From Verrucomicrobiia bacterium (lineage in GTDB: Bacteria; Verrucomicrobiota; Verrucomicrobiia; Limisphaerales; UBA1319): 64,000 nt of DNA. Both the position numbers and the translations under genes were made by a program. This document shows positions 19,786 to 29,669 of this stretch, piece after piece. How positions within the stretch are numbered: position 1 is the stretch's first letter; every line of letters starts with the position of its first letter. The stretch covers positions 3,232,001 to 3,296,000 of the forward strand of contig OY760937.1 of assembly GCA_963664225.1 (NCBI GenBank). Reading direction: 5' to 3'. Below the pieces are notes generated by a model. That model did no database searches. It saw only the letters and a list, made by a program, of their open reading frames with translations, and was not told the DNA's origin.

Positions 19786-21198
19786 ATGCAGACAATAGCC
19801 GGATCAGCAGAAAGTAAGACAGAGAATCGCACAGGCGCCGGCCAGACCCAGCGCGGGCCCTTGGCGATCATGACGATTTTATTCTTCATGTGGGGATTCA
19901 TGACCGTCTGGAATGACGTGCTCATCCCCCGGTTCAAGGAGGCCTTCACTCTCAGTTATTTCCAGGCGATGCTCGTCCAATTCGCCTTTTTCGGGGCCTA
20001 CGGCATCGGTTCGCTCATTTACTATGTCATTTCGATGGCCTCCGGCGACCCGATCAACCGGATTGGCTATAAAAACGGCGTCATCATTGGTCTTCTCATA
20101 TCGGCCTTTGGCAGCGCGCTATTTTATCCGGCCGCAGTCCTGACCTCGTATCCGTTCTTCCTGATCGCGTTATTCATTGTCGGGCTTGGGTTTGCAATGC
20201 TGCAAATTGCCGCCAACCCCTACGTCACGATCCTCGGCCCGGAACGCACCGCGTCGAGCCGGCTGAACCTTTCTCAAGCGTTCAATTCCTTCGGCACAAC
20301 CATCGGTCCCATCATTGGCGGCTGGCTCATTTTCACTTTTTTCATGACCAAGGACTCGCACGGGGCCGACTCGGTGAAGGTGCCCTATCTCTGCTTTGCG
20401 GGAGTCCTGGCGATGCTGGCGGTGTTCTTCAAATTCATGCATCTGCCCAATTTCGTTAACACGGACAAAATCGAACGCGGCGGCTCCGCCCTCAAGCACC
20501 CCCATACGATGCTCGGCATGGTGGCCATCTTCATGTATGTCGGCGGCGAGGTCACGGTCGGCAGCGCCCTCATCAATTATCTGGCCCTGCCCAAGCTCGG
20601 CAGTCTGGACCACACGGCGGCCAGCAAGTTCCTGGCGTTTTATTGGGGTGGTCTGATGATCGGCCGGTTCATGGGATCCTTTGCATTGAGCGACATGCGC
20701 AAATCGCTCAAGAATACTTTCGTGGCACTGGTGCCGGTGGTGGCCTTTGCCACCGTCTGGGTGGTTTCGGGCAGGGAAAACGCGATGCACATGGGACCCG
20801 CACTGGCCGTTTTGCTGGTCGCCTTTTTCCTCGGTGAAGCCAGCGCCCACCGCATGCTTGCCTTGTTCAGCAGCATCATTATCGGTTTGCTGCTGACCAG
20901 TATGGCCACGTCCGGCGAAACCGCCAAATGGGCCATTCTGGCCGTCGGTCTGTTCTGCTCCGTGATGTGGTCGAACATTTTCTCTCTGGCCATCGAAGGG
21001 CTTGGGCCGATGAAGAGCCAGGCCTCGTCGCTCCTGGTGATGGCGATTATTGGAGGCGCGGTTCTGCCGCCGTTGCAGGGGGCCATTGCCGATCATTATG
21101 GCATCCAGACCTCTTTTATCGTGCCGATGCTGGCTTTTGCTTACGTCGCTTTTTACGGGATTTACGGGTATCGGGCGGGGCGGACAGTGACAACCTGA
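19786..21198 (+). CDS. Sugar MFS transporter (FucP/GluP family)
   Basis: FFMWGF, LQIAANPY, ASSRLNLSQAFNSFG, YVGGEV, MAIIGGAVLPPLQG. Confidence 0.93.
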   Translation: MQTIAGSAESKTENRTGAGQTQRGPLAIMTILFFMWGFMTVWNDVLIPRFKEAFTLSYFQAMLVQFAFFGAYGIGSLIYYVISMASGDPINRIGYKNGVIIGLLISAFGSALFYPAAVLTSYPFFLIALFIVGLGFAMLQIAANPYVTILGPERTASSRLNLSQAFNSFGTTIGPIIGGWLIFTFFMTKDSHGADSVKVPYLCFAGVLAMLAVFFKFMHLPNFVNTDKIERGGSALKHPHTMLGMVAIFMYVGGEVTVGSALINYLALPKLGSLDHTAASKFLAFYWGGLMIGRFMGSFALSDMRKSLKNTFVALVPVVAFATVWVVSGRENAMHMGPALAVLLVAFFLGEASAHRMLALFSSIIIGLLLTSMATSGETAKWAILAVGLFCSVMWSNIFSLAIEGLGPMKSQASSLLVMAIIGGAVLPPLQGAIADHYGIQTSFIVPMLAFAYVAFYGIYGYRAGRTVTT

Positions 21199-21304
21199 CC
21201 GGTTTTAGCTGGATACCAGTATCTGGGAAAAGTAAATGCCGCCCGACGCGGCGTCAGGGAAGCACTGTGCGGATAGCGAATCGTTGTCCGGGAATTTTTA
21301 ACGC

Positions 21305-22600
21305 ATGAAAAAGCACTTATTATCAATCCTCTGTTACGGCTTTTGCCTGGCCTCGCTGATGGGCCAGAGTAAACACAGTCCGTCCTCGCAATATCCCACC
21401 TACGAGGGCCGTGTCATGTGCGGCTATCAAGGCTGGTTCCGCGCGCCCGATGACGGCGCGAAGGAAGGCTGGGGGCATTACAGTCTGCGCGGCAAATTCG
21501 ATTCCACCAACGTCCATCTGGATTTCTGGCCGGACGTCTCGGAATATGAAAAGACCCACGCCACGTCCCTCACGAATCAGGACGGCACCACCGCCCGGGT
21601 CTTCAGTTCCTGGGATGCCAGCACGACCGATCTCCATTTCCGCTGGATGCAGCAATATGGAATCGACGGTGCCTTCATGCAGCGGTTTTTCGGCGTCACA
21701 CGCAACGAGCAGGAACGCCGCAAGAATCGCGTGATCCTCGGGAACGCCCTGGCCTCTTCCAAAAAATACGGCCGCGCGATTGCCGTGATGTATGACCTCT
21801 CCGGTCTCCGCACCGAGGGCGAGGATTGCTCCTCGATCATCCAGGACTGGAAGGAACTCGTCGATGAGTTGAAAATCACTTCCCAGGGCGCCAACCAGAC
21901 CTACCTTTACCACAAGGGCAAACCACTGGTGGCCATCTGGGGATTGGGTTTTCCCGATCGCTCCTACAACATCCGCCATATTGGAATGGATAAGCTGATC
22001 GACTTCCTCAAGAACGATCCTCAATACGGCGGTTGCGCCGTCATGCTCGGCGTCCCCAATTATTTTCGCGACTTGAATGTCGATTGCCTCCCCGATCCTT
22101 ATCTCCACGAATTGATCGCGTCGGCGGATATCGTCATGCCCTGGACCGTCCAGCGCTTCACGCCGCTGGTGCATGCTGAACCCGCACGCTATGCGGCGCA
22201 GGTAGAGGCCGACCTGGCCTGGTGCGCCACCAAAAAAGTGGACTACGCGCCCTGTGTTTATCCCGGCTTTAGCTGGCACAATCTGGGCAAGGCCGAGTTT
22301 GCCGGCGGCCCGATCCTCAATCAAATCCCCCGCCAGAAAGGTGCCTTTTATTGGAACCTGATGAGCGGAGCCATTCAATCCGGCGCGAAAATGATCTACG
22401 TGGCCATGTTCGACGAGATGGATGAGGGAACGGCCATTTTCAAATGCACCAACAAACCGCCGCTCGGCCCCAAGCTATGCGACTATGAAGGCATGCCCTC
22501 CGACCACTATCTGTGGTTGACCGGCATGGCTGGAAAAACTCTGCGCGGCGAGATTCCTCTTTCAACCAAATTGCCAGTTCGGGACGCTCAATCCAAATAG
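21305..22600 (+). CDS. Secreted GH71/GH99-like glycoside hydrolase
   Basis: Signal peptide; VMCGYQGWF, HFRWMQQYGIDG, PGFSWHNL, YVAMFDEMDEGTAI. Confidence 0.8.
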   Translation: MKKHLLSILCYGFCLASLMGQSKHSPSSQYPTYEGRVMCGYQGWFRAPDDGAKEGWGHYSLRGKFDSTNVHLDFWPDVSEYEKTHATSLTNQDGTTARVFSSWDASTTDLHFRWMQQYGIDGAFMQRFFGVTRNEQERRKNRVILGNALASSKKYGRAIAVMYDLSGLRTEGEDCSSIIQDWKELVDELKITSQGANQTYLYHKGKPLVAIWGLGFPDRSYNIRHIGMDKLIDFLKNDPQYGGCAVMLGVPNYFRDLNVDCLPDPYLHELIASADIVMPWTVQRFTPLVHAEPARYAAQVEADLAWCATKKVDYAPCVYPGFSWHNLGKAEFAGGPILNQIPRQKGAFYWNLMSGAIQSGAKMIYVAMFDEMDEGTAIFKCTNKPPLGPKLCDYEGMPSDHYLWLTGMAGKTLRGEIPLSTKLPVRDAQSK

Positions 22601-22608
22601 ACACTTCC

Positions 22609-23886
22609 ATGAAACTACTCACTCACTCACTCGCGGCGCTCTTTGCCGCCACTCTCTTCGTCGCGGCCGCGCCAACCCCGGACCAGTATTCCGTGCGTGA
22701 TTTCGGGGCCGTCGGAGACGGAACCACCGACGACACCGCCGCGTTCCAGAAGGCGCTCGACGCCGCACGACAGGCCGGTGGCGGCGTGGTCTATGCCCCG
22801 CGCGGCAATTACTTCTTCGCCGGTCATCTCAATGTCCCCGCTGCGGTGACCTTGAAAGGCGTCTGGGAATCGGTTCCCTCACACGTAGGGTTGCGCGATC
22901 GTGGCGCGGCCAAGCCCACCGATGATGGCACCACATTCCTGGTCACCGAAAACGAGGGCAAGGAAGACGGCCCGGCGTTCATCACTTTAAATAACAACAG
23001 CACTCTCAAAGGCGTGGTCCTCTACTATCCGAAACAGGACACCGATGCCGAACCGAAGGCCTATCCATGGGCCATTGCGATGCGCGGCAAAAATCCCGCA
23101 GTCCTTGCCGTCGAGTTGCTCAATCCTTACAACGGCATCGATGCCGCCCACAACGAGCGCCACCTGATTCGCGATGTCTCCGGTCAACCCCTGCGCCGGG
23201 GCATTTTCGTCGATGACATCTACGACATCGGCCGCATCGAAAACGTCCACTTCAATCCCTGGTGGAGCATGAAACCCGTTCTCTTCAAATGGCAGCAGGA
23301 GCACGGTGAGGCCTTCATCTTTGGCCGCAGCGACTGGCAATACGTTTTCAACACCTTCTGCTTCGGTTACCAGGTCGGTTATCATTTCATCAAAACGACG
23401 GCGGGCGTCTGCAACGGAAACTTCCTGGGCATTGGCGCGGATGATTGCTTCACCGCCATCAATGTCGAAGCCAGCGCGCCCTTTGGCCTGCTGATCTCGA
23501 ATGGCGAGTTTGTCTCCTTCCACGGTCCCGACCCCACAATGGTCGAGGTCGGCACGAACCACACCGGCACCGTCCGCTTCGCGAACTGCGCCTTCTGGGG
23601 TCCCTGCAATCAAATCGCCAAAATCGCCGGACGCGGCACGGTGGGCTTCAGCGATTGCACCTTTGTTCAATGGGACACCAAAAAAGAAGGCCGTCACGCC
23701 ATTGAAGCCGTCAGCGGCACTGTGCTGGTCCGTGGATGCGAATTCCGCGAGGACAAGCCCCAGATTCGACTCGGCGAAGGCGTCCGTCGTGCCGTCATTT
23801 CCGACAACGTGGTCATGGGAACACTGCGCCTGACCAACAACAGCAAACACACCGTGACGGTCAACGGCAATGCCGGCGATCAATGA
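22609..23886 (+). CDS. Secreted pectin-lyase-fold (right-handed beta-helix) carbohydrate-active protein
   Basis: Signal peptide; SVRDFGAVGDGTTDDTAAFQKALD...GGGVVYAPRGNY (Pectate_lyase_3-type N-terminus). Confidence 0.8.
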   Translation: MKLLTHSLAALFAATLFVAAAPTPDQYSVRDFGAVGDGTTDDTAAFQKALDAARQAGGGVVYAPRGNYFFAGHLNVPAAVTLKGVWESVPSHVGLRDRGAAKPTDDGTTFLVTENEGKEDGPAFITLNNNSTLKGVVLYYPKQDTDAEPKAYPWAIAMRGKNPAVLAVELLNPYNGIDAAHNERHLIRDVSGQPLRRGIFVDDIYDIGRIENVHFNPWWSMKPVLFKWQQEHGEAFIFGRSDWQYVFNTFCFGYQVGYHFIKTTAGVCNGNFLGIGADDCFTAINVEASAPFGLLISNGEFVSFHGPDPTMVEVGTNHTGTVRFANCAFWGPCNQIAKIAGRGTVGFSDCTFVQWDTKKEGRHAIEAVSGTVLVRGCEFREDKPQIRLGEGVRRAVISDNVVMGTLRLTNNSKHTVTVNGNAGDQ

Positions 23887-23918
23887 CAAGTTGACCCATC
23901 GAACCCGATTCCAGCGTT

Positions 23919-25487
23919 ATGAAGAATCCATCCAATCCCACCTTGCGGAAAGCGTTCGCCCCAGCCCTGGCGCGGACCGCCCTCGTCGCTCTGGCCTCGC
24001 TCACTCTTTGCGTGACCGGCCTCGTCGAAACGCTGCATGCCGCGGAGCAATCCGCGCAGACCGTGGCATCCGCGAACTTCGCAGGCGCAAAGTCGGACTG
24101 GCATGGATTCGATCGCTACGACTATCTGATGGATGAGGCGGACCTGAGCATCAAGCCCGCCGATGAAAAGGTCACGGGCGAGGTTGCGGGCCAGCGCCGC
24201 TGCATTGTGGTCACTCCGAAAGTGGCGGAGCCCGGCAATCCCTGGTCCTGGCGCGGTTGTTACTGGGACCACGAACCGCAGACGGAAATCGAGTTGCTCA
24301 AGCGCGGTTTTCACATTGCCTACATCACGGCCAACACCAATCTGCGACCGGATAAAAAATGGGACGCCTGGTATGCGTTCCTCACGGAGAAGCACGGGCT
24401 CTCCCGCAAGCCAGCCTTCATTGGCATGAGCCGGGGCGGCGAATTCGGTTACACATGGGCCACCGCCAATCCCGACAAGGTCACCTGCATTTACGCCGAT
24501 AACCCGGGCGCCAACCGCGAAGTCTTCTCCAGACTCGTTGACCTGGCCACGAACGATGTGCCTCTGCTGATGGTCTGCGGCAGCATCGATCCGATATTGG
24601 GACTCGTCGCGTTGCCTGTTGAGAGAATCTACCAACAGTTCGGCGGCAGGGTTTCCATGATGATCAAGGAAGGCGAGGGTCATCATCCGCACAGTCTGCG
24701 CGATCCCATGCCCATCGCGGACTTCATCACGCAGAGTTTTCAAGCGACCCCCGTCACGCCGCCCGACTTCGTGGGCGCAAAGTTCAGAAGGACCTCTTTC
24801 TACAGCACCGAGAGCTCCTATCGCCATTATCCGAAGGAAGGCAACTACATCACCTGCCGCGGACCGTTGTTCTCGGAATGTTACAACCGTTACGCCTTCG
24901 AGCTGAACGGTGTCGAGGGAACCATCAATGTCATCGCGCCCCGCAAGGCTGCCGCAGGCAATCCCTGGGTGTTCCGCACCGGTTTCGTGAGTTCGAGTGC
25001 GATGGTGGATCTGGCTCTCCTGGCCAATGGCTATCACATCGTCACCGGCCCGGTTCCCTACAATGCCGACGGCCCGATCCCCGCGCATTGGGACGCCGTT
25101 TATAAACACCTCACCGACCACGGTTTCTCCAGCAAGCCCGTGATGGAAGGCGCTGGCGGAGCCGCTGGCGACGCATACGCCTGGGCCATCGAGAACCCCG
25201 ACAAGGTCTCCTGCATCTACGCCGAGAATCCTGTGATGCGCAGCAAAATGTCGAAATCGGTCCTGCTCGATAACCTCGCCCCATTGGCCAAGGTCGGCGT
25301 TCCCATCATGCACGTTTGCGGCAGCCTCGATCCCTGGCTTCGCGACAACACGCTCGTGGTTGAGAAACGCTACAAGGAGCTCGGGGGTCAGATCAGCGTC
25401 ATCGTCAAGGAAGGCGAGGGGCATCTGCCCACCGGTCGCAGCGATCCCATGCAGGCCGTCGAATTCATCACCGGCAAGGCCAGGTAA
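23919..25487 (+). CDS. Secreted protein with two tandem alpha/beta-hydrolase-like domains
   Basis: Internal duplication (NPDKVTCIYADNP / NPDKVSCIYAENP; KEGEGHHP / KEGEGHLP); G-M-S-R-G-G elbow in domain 1. Confidence 0.78.
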   Translation: MKNPSNPTLRKAFAPALARTALVALASLTLCVTGLVETLHAAEQSAQTVASANFAGAKSDWHGFDRYDYLMDEADLSIKPADEKVTGEVAGQRRCIVVTPKVAEPGNPWSWRGCYWDHEPQTEIELLKRGFHIAYITANTNLRPDKKWDAWYAFLTEKHGLSRKPAFIGMSRGGEFGYTWATANPDKVTCIYADNPGANREVFSRLVDLATNDVPLLMVCGSIDPILGLVALPVERIYQQFGGRVSMMIKEGEGHHPHSLRDPMPIADFITQSFQATPVTPPDFVGAKFRRTSFYSTESSYRHYPKEGNYITCRGPLFSECYNRYAFELNGVEGTINVIAPRKAAAGNPWVFRTGFVSSSAMVDLALLANGYHIVTGPVPYNADGPIPAHWDAVYKHLTDHGFSSKPVMEGAGGAAGDAYAWAIENPDKVSCIYAENPVMRSKMSKSVLLDNLAPLAKVGVPIMHVCGSLDPWLRDNTLVVEKRYKELGGQISVIVKEGEGHLPTGRSDPMQAVEFITGKAR

Positions 25488-25536
25488 ACAAGTTCGAGGC
25501 TTGATGTTTCATGCCCATTAGAATGAGAATCCGAAA

Positions 25537-26766
25537 ATGATAACCCTGACTACATTGGTTGCGAGTAATGCGATTTTCGGAACACACTATTTTAAGCGGT
25601 TCGTTGCGCTGGCGTCAGTCTGTACTTTTATTCTAGTTGGCGCGGAAACCATTCGCGCCGACGGGCAATATGTGAAAGCGGAACCACCCCGGCCCAGATG
25701 GGGTGGAAATGCGGTTCGCGCGCAGAAGTCCTGCATTCCAAAAGTTGCTGATATCGAAGCGGTCAAGGAAGTCAAAAACATCATCTTCATGATTGGCGAC
25801 GGCATGGGTATTGCGACCACTTACGCCGCCATGTCCTCGGTCGATCATCCGCTCAATTTCGAGCGTTTTCCTGTGACTGGTTTGCAGAAGACCTTCTCGG
25901 CGGATAATTTCATCACCGATTCCGCCGCGGCCGGGACGGCTCTGGCCAATGGCAAAAAGACTCAAAATGGCGTGATCGGTTTGGATGCGAAGAAAAATCG
26001 CACGAAGTCCATTCTCAAGCTCGCGCAGGAGCACAACCTGGCAACGGGCCTGATCGCGGTGACGTCCATCACGGACGCCACGCCCGCAGCCTTTGTGGCG
26101 CATGTGTCCAACCGGACCAATCAGGAGGCCATTGCCATGGACATCATGTATTCAGGCGTGGATGTCTTTGTCGGCGGCGGTTACAACTATTTCGCCAAGC
26201 GTTCCGACAAGCTCAACCTGCTGGATGGTCTTGTGGCCCGCGGATACGAGGTGCACACCAACATGGCGAAGGTCGGCAAATCCCATGCAACGAAACTCGC
26301 CGCGCTGGTCGCTCCCACACAGTGTGCCTACCGCCTGAAAGGCAGGGGGGACATGCTCCCGGTCGCCTCCGCCAAGGCCATCGAGATTCTGAATAAGAAC
26401 ACCAACGGTTTTTTTCTCATGATCGAGGGATCGCATATCGATCACGGCGGCCATGACAACGATGCAAAGGTGCTCGTGGATGAAGTCCTCGATTTTGACG
26501 AAGCCCTCGGCGTTGCGCTTGATTTTGCGAAGGCGGACGGCCACACCCTCGTGGTGGTCACGGCCGATCACGAAACCGGTGGGGTGACCATTATAGGCGG
26601 GGATATGAAGAAGCATACCGTTAAATTGAATTTCTCCACCAAGGGCCACACGGCCGTCATGGTTCCCGTCTATGCCTTTGGACCGGGCGCGGACAAGTTC
26701 ACGGGCATTTATGACAACACTGCGTTGATTGGAAAACTGTCGAATAGTTACGGATTCAGCCAGTAA
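25537..26766 (+). CDS. Alkaline phosphatase (PhoA family)
   Basis: IFMIGDGMG, TDSAAAGTA, DATPAAF, FLMIEGSHIDHGGH, TADHETGG. Confidence 0.93.
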   Translation: MITLTTLVASNAIFGTHYFKRFVALASVCTFILVGAETIRADGQYVKAEPPRPRWGGNAVRAQKSCIPKVADIEAVKEVKNIIFMIGDGMGIATTYAAMSSVDHPLNFERFPVTGLQKTFSADNFITDSAAAGTALANGKKTQNGVIGLDAKKNRTKSILKLAQEHNLATGLIAVTSITDATPAAFVAHVSNRTNQEAIAMDIMYSGVDVFVGGGYNYFAKRSDKLNLLDGLVARGYEVHTNMAKVGKSHATKLAALVAPTQCAYRLKGRGDMLPVASAKAIEILNKNTNGFFLMIEGSHIDHGGHDNDAKVLVDEVLDFDEALGVALDFAKADGHTLVVVTADHETGGVTIIGGDMKKHTVKLNFSTKGHTAVMVPVYAFGPGADKFTGIYDNTALIGKLSNSYGFSQ

Positions 26767-26857
26767 TGCATTTGTAGTATGGAGGGGTCCGCTTATGCGA
26801 TGTGCATGGTCAGGCCCCAATGACCGCCGACTATCCGGATGTATATAGCTCATTCCT

Positions 26858-28609
26858 ATGAATACCTGGACAAATCACCTCCGGCTCGAAAATAGATCCC
26901 GCACAACAGGGCGTGCGCGTCTCCTCACGCTGATGGCACTGGCGGTTTGCGCCTGTGGTTTTGTCGCCTCTCTTTACGGCGCTGAATCCCCCGCGCAGGA
27001 CAACGCCGCCGCTGCGGTCGAAGGCGTGAAAACGCAATGGCCGGGCGGTTTCGATCGTTACGACTACGTGATGGATGCGCAGTCTCTGGCCGTCAAGCCG
27101 TTCGGCGACGGCAATGCCAAAGGTCTTGCCCGCTGCGTGGTCGTGGTTCCAAAGAAGGCCATTACCGGCAAGCCATGGTCCTGGCGCGAGTTCTACCCGG
27201 AGCACCCGTCCCAAGCGGAGATGGAACTGCTGGAGCGAGGTTTTCACGTTGTCTATACTACTGCAGCCTCGCCTGAGCAGCACGAGGCGTGGCGCGCGTT
27301 TATAACGAATAAATACGGATTGGCAAAGAAGCCGGTCGTCATGGGCACGAGCCGGGGGGAGCTTAAAGCCGGCACCGCAAAGGTGAACCTGACCCCGGAG
27401 GATACGAAGCAGCCTGTCCATGACAAGGTCTTCGGGCGTGTCCTGGTTCTGGAGGTCAACGGCGAGCGCGTGGCGTTTGTCTCGGTCGATCTGGGCATCT
27501 ACACCAGCCCGCATCTGGTCGCGTCCTGCAAGGAGAAGTATGGCATTTCACAGATGGTTCTCAGTTCCTCCCATACGCATTCGGACCCGGGCGGCAGCTA
27601 TAAGGCCTTTTACGAGGAACAGATCACGCAGGCGGTGGAGGCGGCGGTCAATAACATGTTCCCCGCAAGGATTTCCGCCGGCCACCGGAGTTTTCCCCAA
27701 CTGGGTTTCAATCGTTTGATCGTGCGTGAAGACGGCCACGCCAGGGAATCCTGGTTCTCCGACGATCACTACACCTCCGAAAATCCCGAGCGCATTCCCT
27801 TCGGTCCGGTCGATCCGGAAGTCGGCGTCATCAAAGTCGAGGACCTGTCCGGCCAGCCCCGCGCCATCATCATGAATTACGCATGCCACGCCGATGTGGT
27901 TTGCCAGAACTACGCCATCTCAGCGGACTACCCGGGAGCCGCCGCAAAGTATGTGGAGGAGGCCTTCGGGAACAACCTGAACTGCCTCTTCGTTCAGGGC
28001 GGCGCGGGTAATATCGAATCCTTGATCATCAGCTCGCGCCGTACCGGTCCCGACGATCCGTTCCAAACGGACTACTCAACCATCGATAGAGTGGGCAAGC
28101 TATTGGCTCATGAGACGATTAAGCTGGCGAAGACGTTGAGCCCGAAATCGACAAATGAAACAAATGTCCGGTTCATGAATGACTCGCTCAAGTTTACCGG
28201 CCGTTACGACAAGGATGCGGAATACGATATCCATATCTCCACCCTTGTGATCAATGACGATATCGCCATTGCCACTTTCCCCGGCGAGCCATTCATCCAG
28301 CTCCAGCTCGAATGGAAGAAGAAGATGGAGGGGTTCCATCCATTCCTCTTCGGCTACACATGGTATGAGGGCACATGGCCCAATTATGTGCCGGACATCA
28401 AATCCGCCGCCGCCGGAGGTTATGGAGCCGATATCGACGGCCCCAAAATGATCGAGGTCGGTTCCGGCGAGGCCATCATGAACAAGCATTTCGAGAATGT
28501 GTTCAGGCTCACCGGATTCATGCGCGAGGCCTCGGGACCGTCGGGTTTTGTCCCCGGTGTCCGTTGGAATGTCACGCCGGTTCCACGCGAGACAATCAAT
28601 CCTCAATAA
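26858..28609 (+). CDS. Secreted chimeric protein: partial alpha/beta-hydrolase-like N-terminus plus neutral/alkaline ceramidase-like domain
   Basis: N-terminus similar to the 23919 gene up to GTSRG, then LKAGTAKVNLTP, SSHTHSDP, NYACHA, ISADYPG, QGGAGN, FPGEPF. Confidence 0.75.
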   Translation: MNTWTNHLRLENRSRTTGRARLLTLMALAVCACGFVASLYGAESPAQDNAAAAVEGVKTQWPGGFDRYDYVMDAQSLAVKPFGDGNAKGLARCVVVVPKKAITGKPWSWREFYPEHPSQAEMELLERGFHVVYTTAASPEQHEAWRAFITNKYGLAKKPVVMGTSRGELKAGTAKVNLTPEDTKQPVHDKVFGRVLVLEVNGERVAFVSVDLGIYTSPHLVASCKEKYGISQMVLSSSHTHSDPGGSYKAFYEEQITQAVEAAVNNMFPARISAGHRSFPQLGFNRLIVREDGHARESWFSDDHYTSENPERIPFGPVDPEVGVIKVEDLSGQPRAIIMNYACHADVVCQNYAISADYPGAAAKYVEEAFGNNLNCLFVQGGAGNIESLIISSRRTGPDDPFQTDYSTIDRVGKLLAHETIKLAKTLSPKSTNETNVRFMNDSLKFTGRYDKDAEYDIHISTLVINDDIAIATFPGEPFIQLQLEWKKKMEGFHPFLFGYTWYEGTWPNYVPDIKSAAAGGYGADIDGPKMIEVGSGEAIMNKHFENVFRLTGFMREASGPSGFVPGVRWNVTPVPRETINPQ

Positions 28610-28881
28610 CATTCACTCAAGGCAGGTAATATTATGAAAAGCGATAGTATTCTTCTGGCCGGACTTTTGATGTTCAGCGCCAGAGCAACCGCCGTGACGT
28701 TCGTGGTGGGGCGTGCAGTCCTCTGCGCGCCGCCCATCCAACCCCACGCATCCAACAAATCCACGCGCGCGCAAATGATCCCCCCTCACCATCGCCAGAA
28801 GGGGAATTTCCCCGGGCTCTACTGGCCAACGGATGATTACCCGTGCAAACCCTATCAGGGAGGCGCCATTAGATGACCTTT

Positions 28882-29304
28882 CTATGCGGCATCACATTTG
28901 TCCCCGCCCGGCTTCACGTATTTCGCCAGATAAAGAATCCCCGCTCCGCCGATCAAGCAGGCGGCGGTGTCGGCGTAAAAGGGAAATGGCGGCAGGGACA
29001 ACCTCACACCATGAACCAATAAAATGGCCCCCTCAACCAACATCAGAGCGCCGAACCAGGGAATGGCTGCGTAATATTTCTGAGGTTTCAGCATCAGAAT
29101 AAAATACCAGCAACCCACAAGCGCGAATGCCCCGGAAGCCATGCGGAGCCAATAATCCAGCATCCGGTCATATTCAATCGGCTTTGCACCCAAGCCTTCT
29201 AATGCCTGCGAAGCCGCCGACCAACTCAGGAAGACGCCAAAGATTGACACCCCCCACGCAAAGGCTGAAAAACCAAGAAATAACCTCAGCAATCGAACGT
29301 GCAT
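28882..29304 (-). CDS. Hypothetical membrane protein (~4 TM helices)
   Basis: 140-aa ORF with four hydrophobic segments and lower GC than its neighbours. Confidence 0.7.
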   Translation of the reverse strand: MHVRLLRLFLGFSAFAWGVSIFGVFLSWSAASQALEGLGAKPIEYDRMLDYWLRMASGAFALVGCWYFILMLKPQKYYAAIPWFGALMLVEGAILLVHGVRLSLPPFPFYADTAACLIGGAGILYLAKYVKPGGDKCDAA

Positions 29305-29435
29305 AACGTCAGTATTCGGAAGTCCACATTATTCGACTCGGTATGGGTCACGGAGAAAAAATGCCAGACATTTCGGTTGCGTGACAACATAAAAAGCCGG
29401 GATTGCACCAGCCCGAGAATTCGGCGCGCCCATTC

Positions 29436-29572
29436 GGGTGCAAATCAGTTTTCTTCAGAATACTCAAAAAGGATAAATGCCAGTGGAGTATGGAGGGTTA
29501 ATGCTGTCTTCGGAGTGCCGGTCTCCTGACCGGCTTAACGCGCTCTTGAATCCAACGGTTCCAAACGCGCCG
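29436..29572 (+). mobile_element. Degenerate MITE-like left end (copy C) with one diverged 85-bp-type unit
   Basis: gggtgca...ttcttcagaa...ccagtggagtat leader, then tgtcttcggagtgccggtctcctgaccggctt (29505-29572). No trailer. Confidence 0.7.
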
Positions 29573-29669
29573 CCCTCCGAGCCATCGTCCCCCTGCCAGG
29601 AATGCCCTTCCCGGTTGCCCCCATGATAAGAGGCTTTCCTTATCGGCCCGCAGGCACTAAATATCTGGC

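Noticed and set aside
28634..28876. 80-aa ORF with a signal-peptide-like start
   Set aside because: It runs into a REP-like hairpin after about 24 codons and loses protein-like composition; at best a gene remnant.
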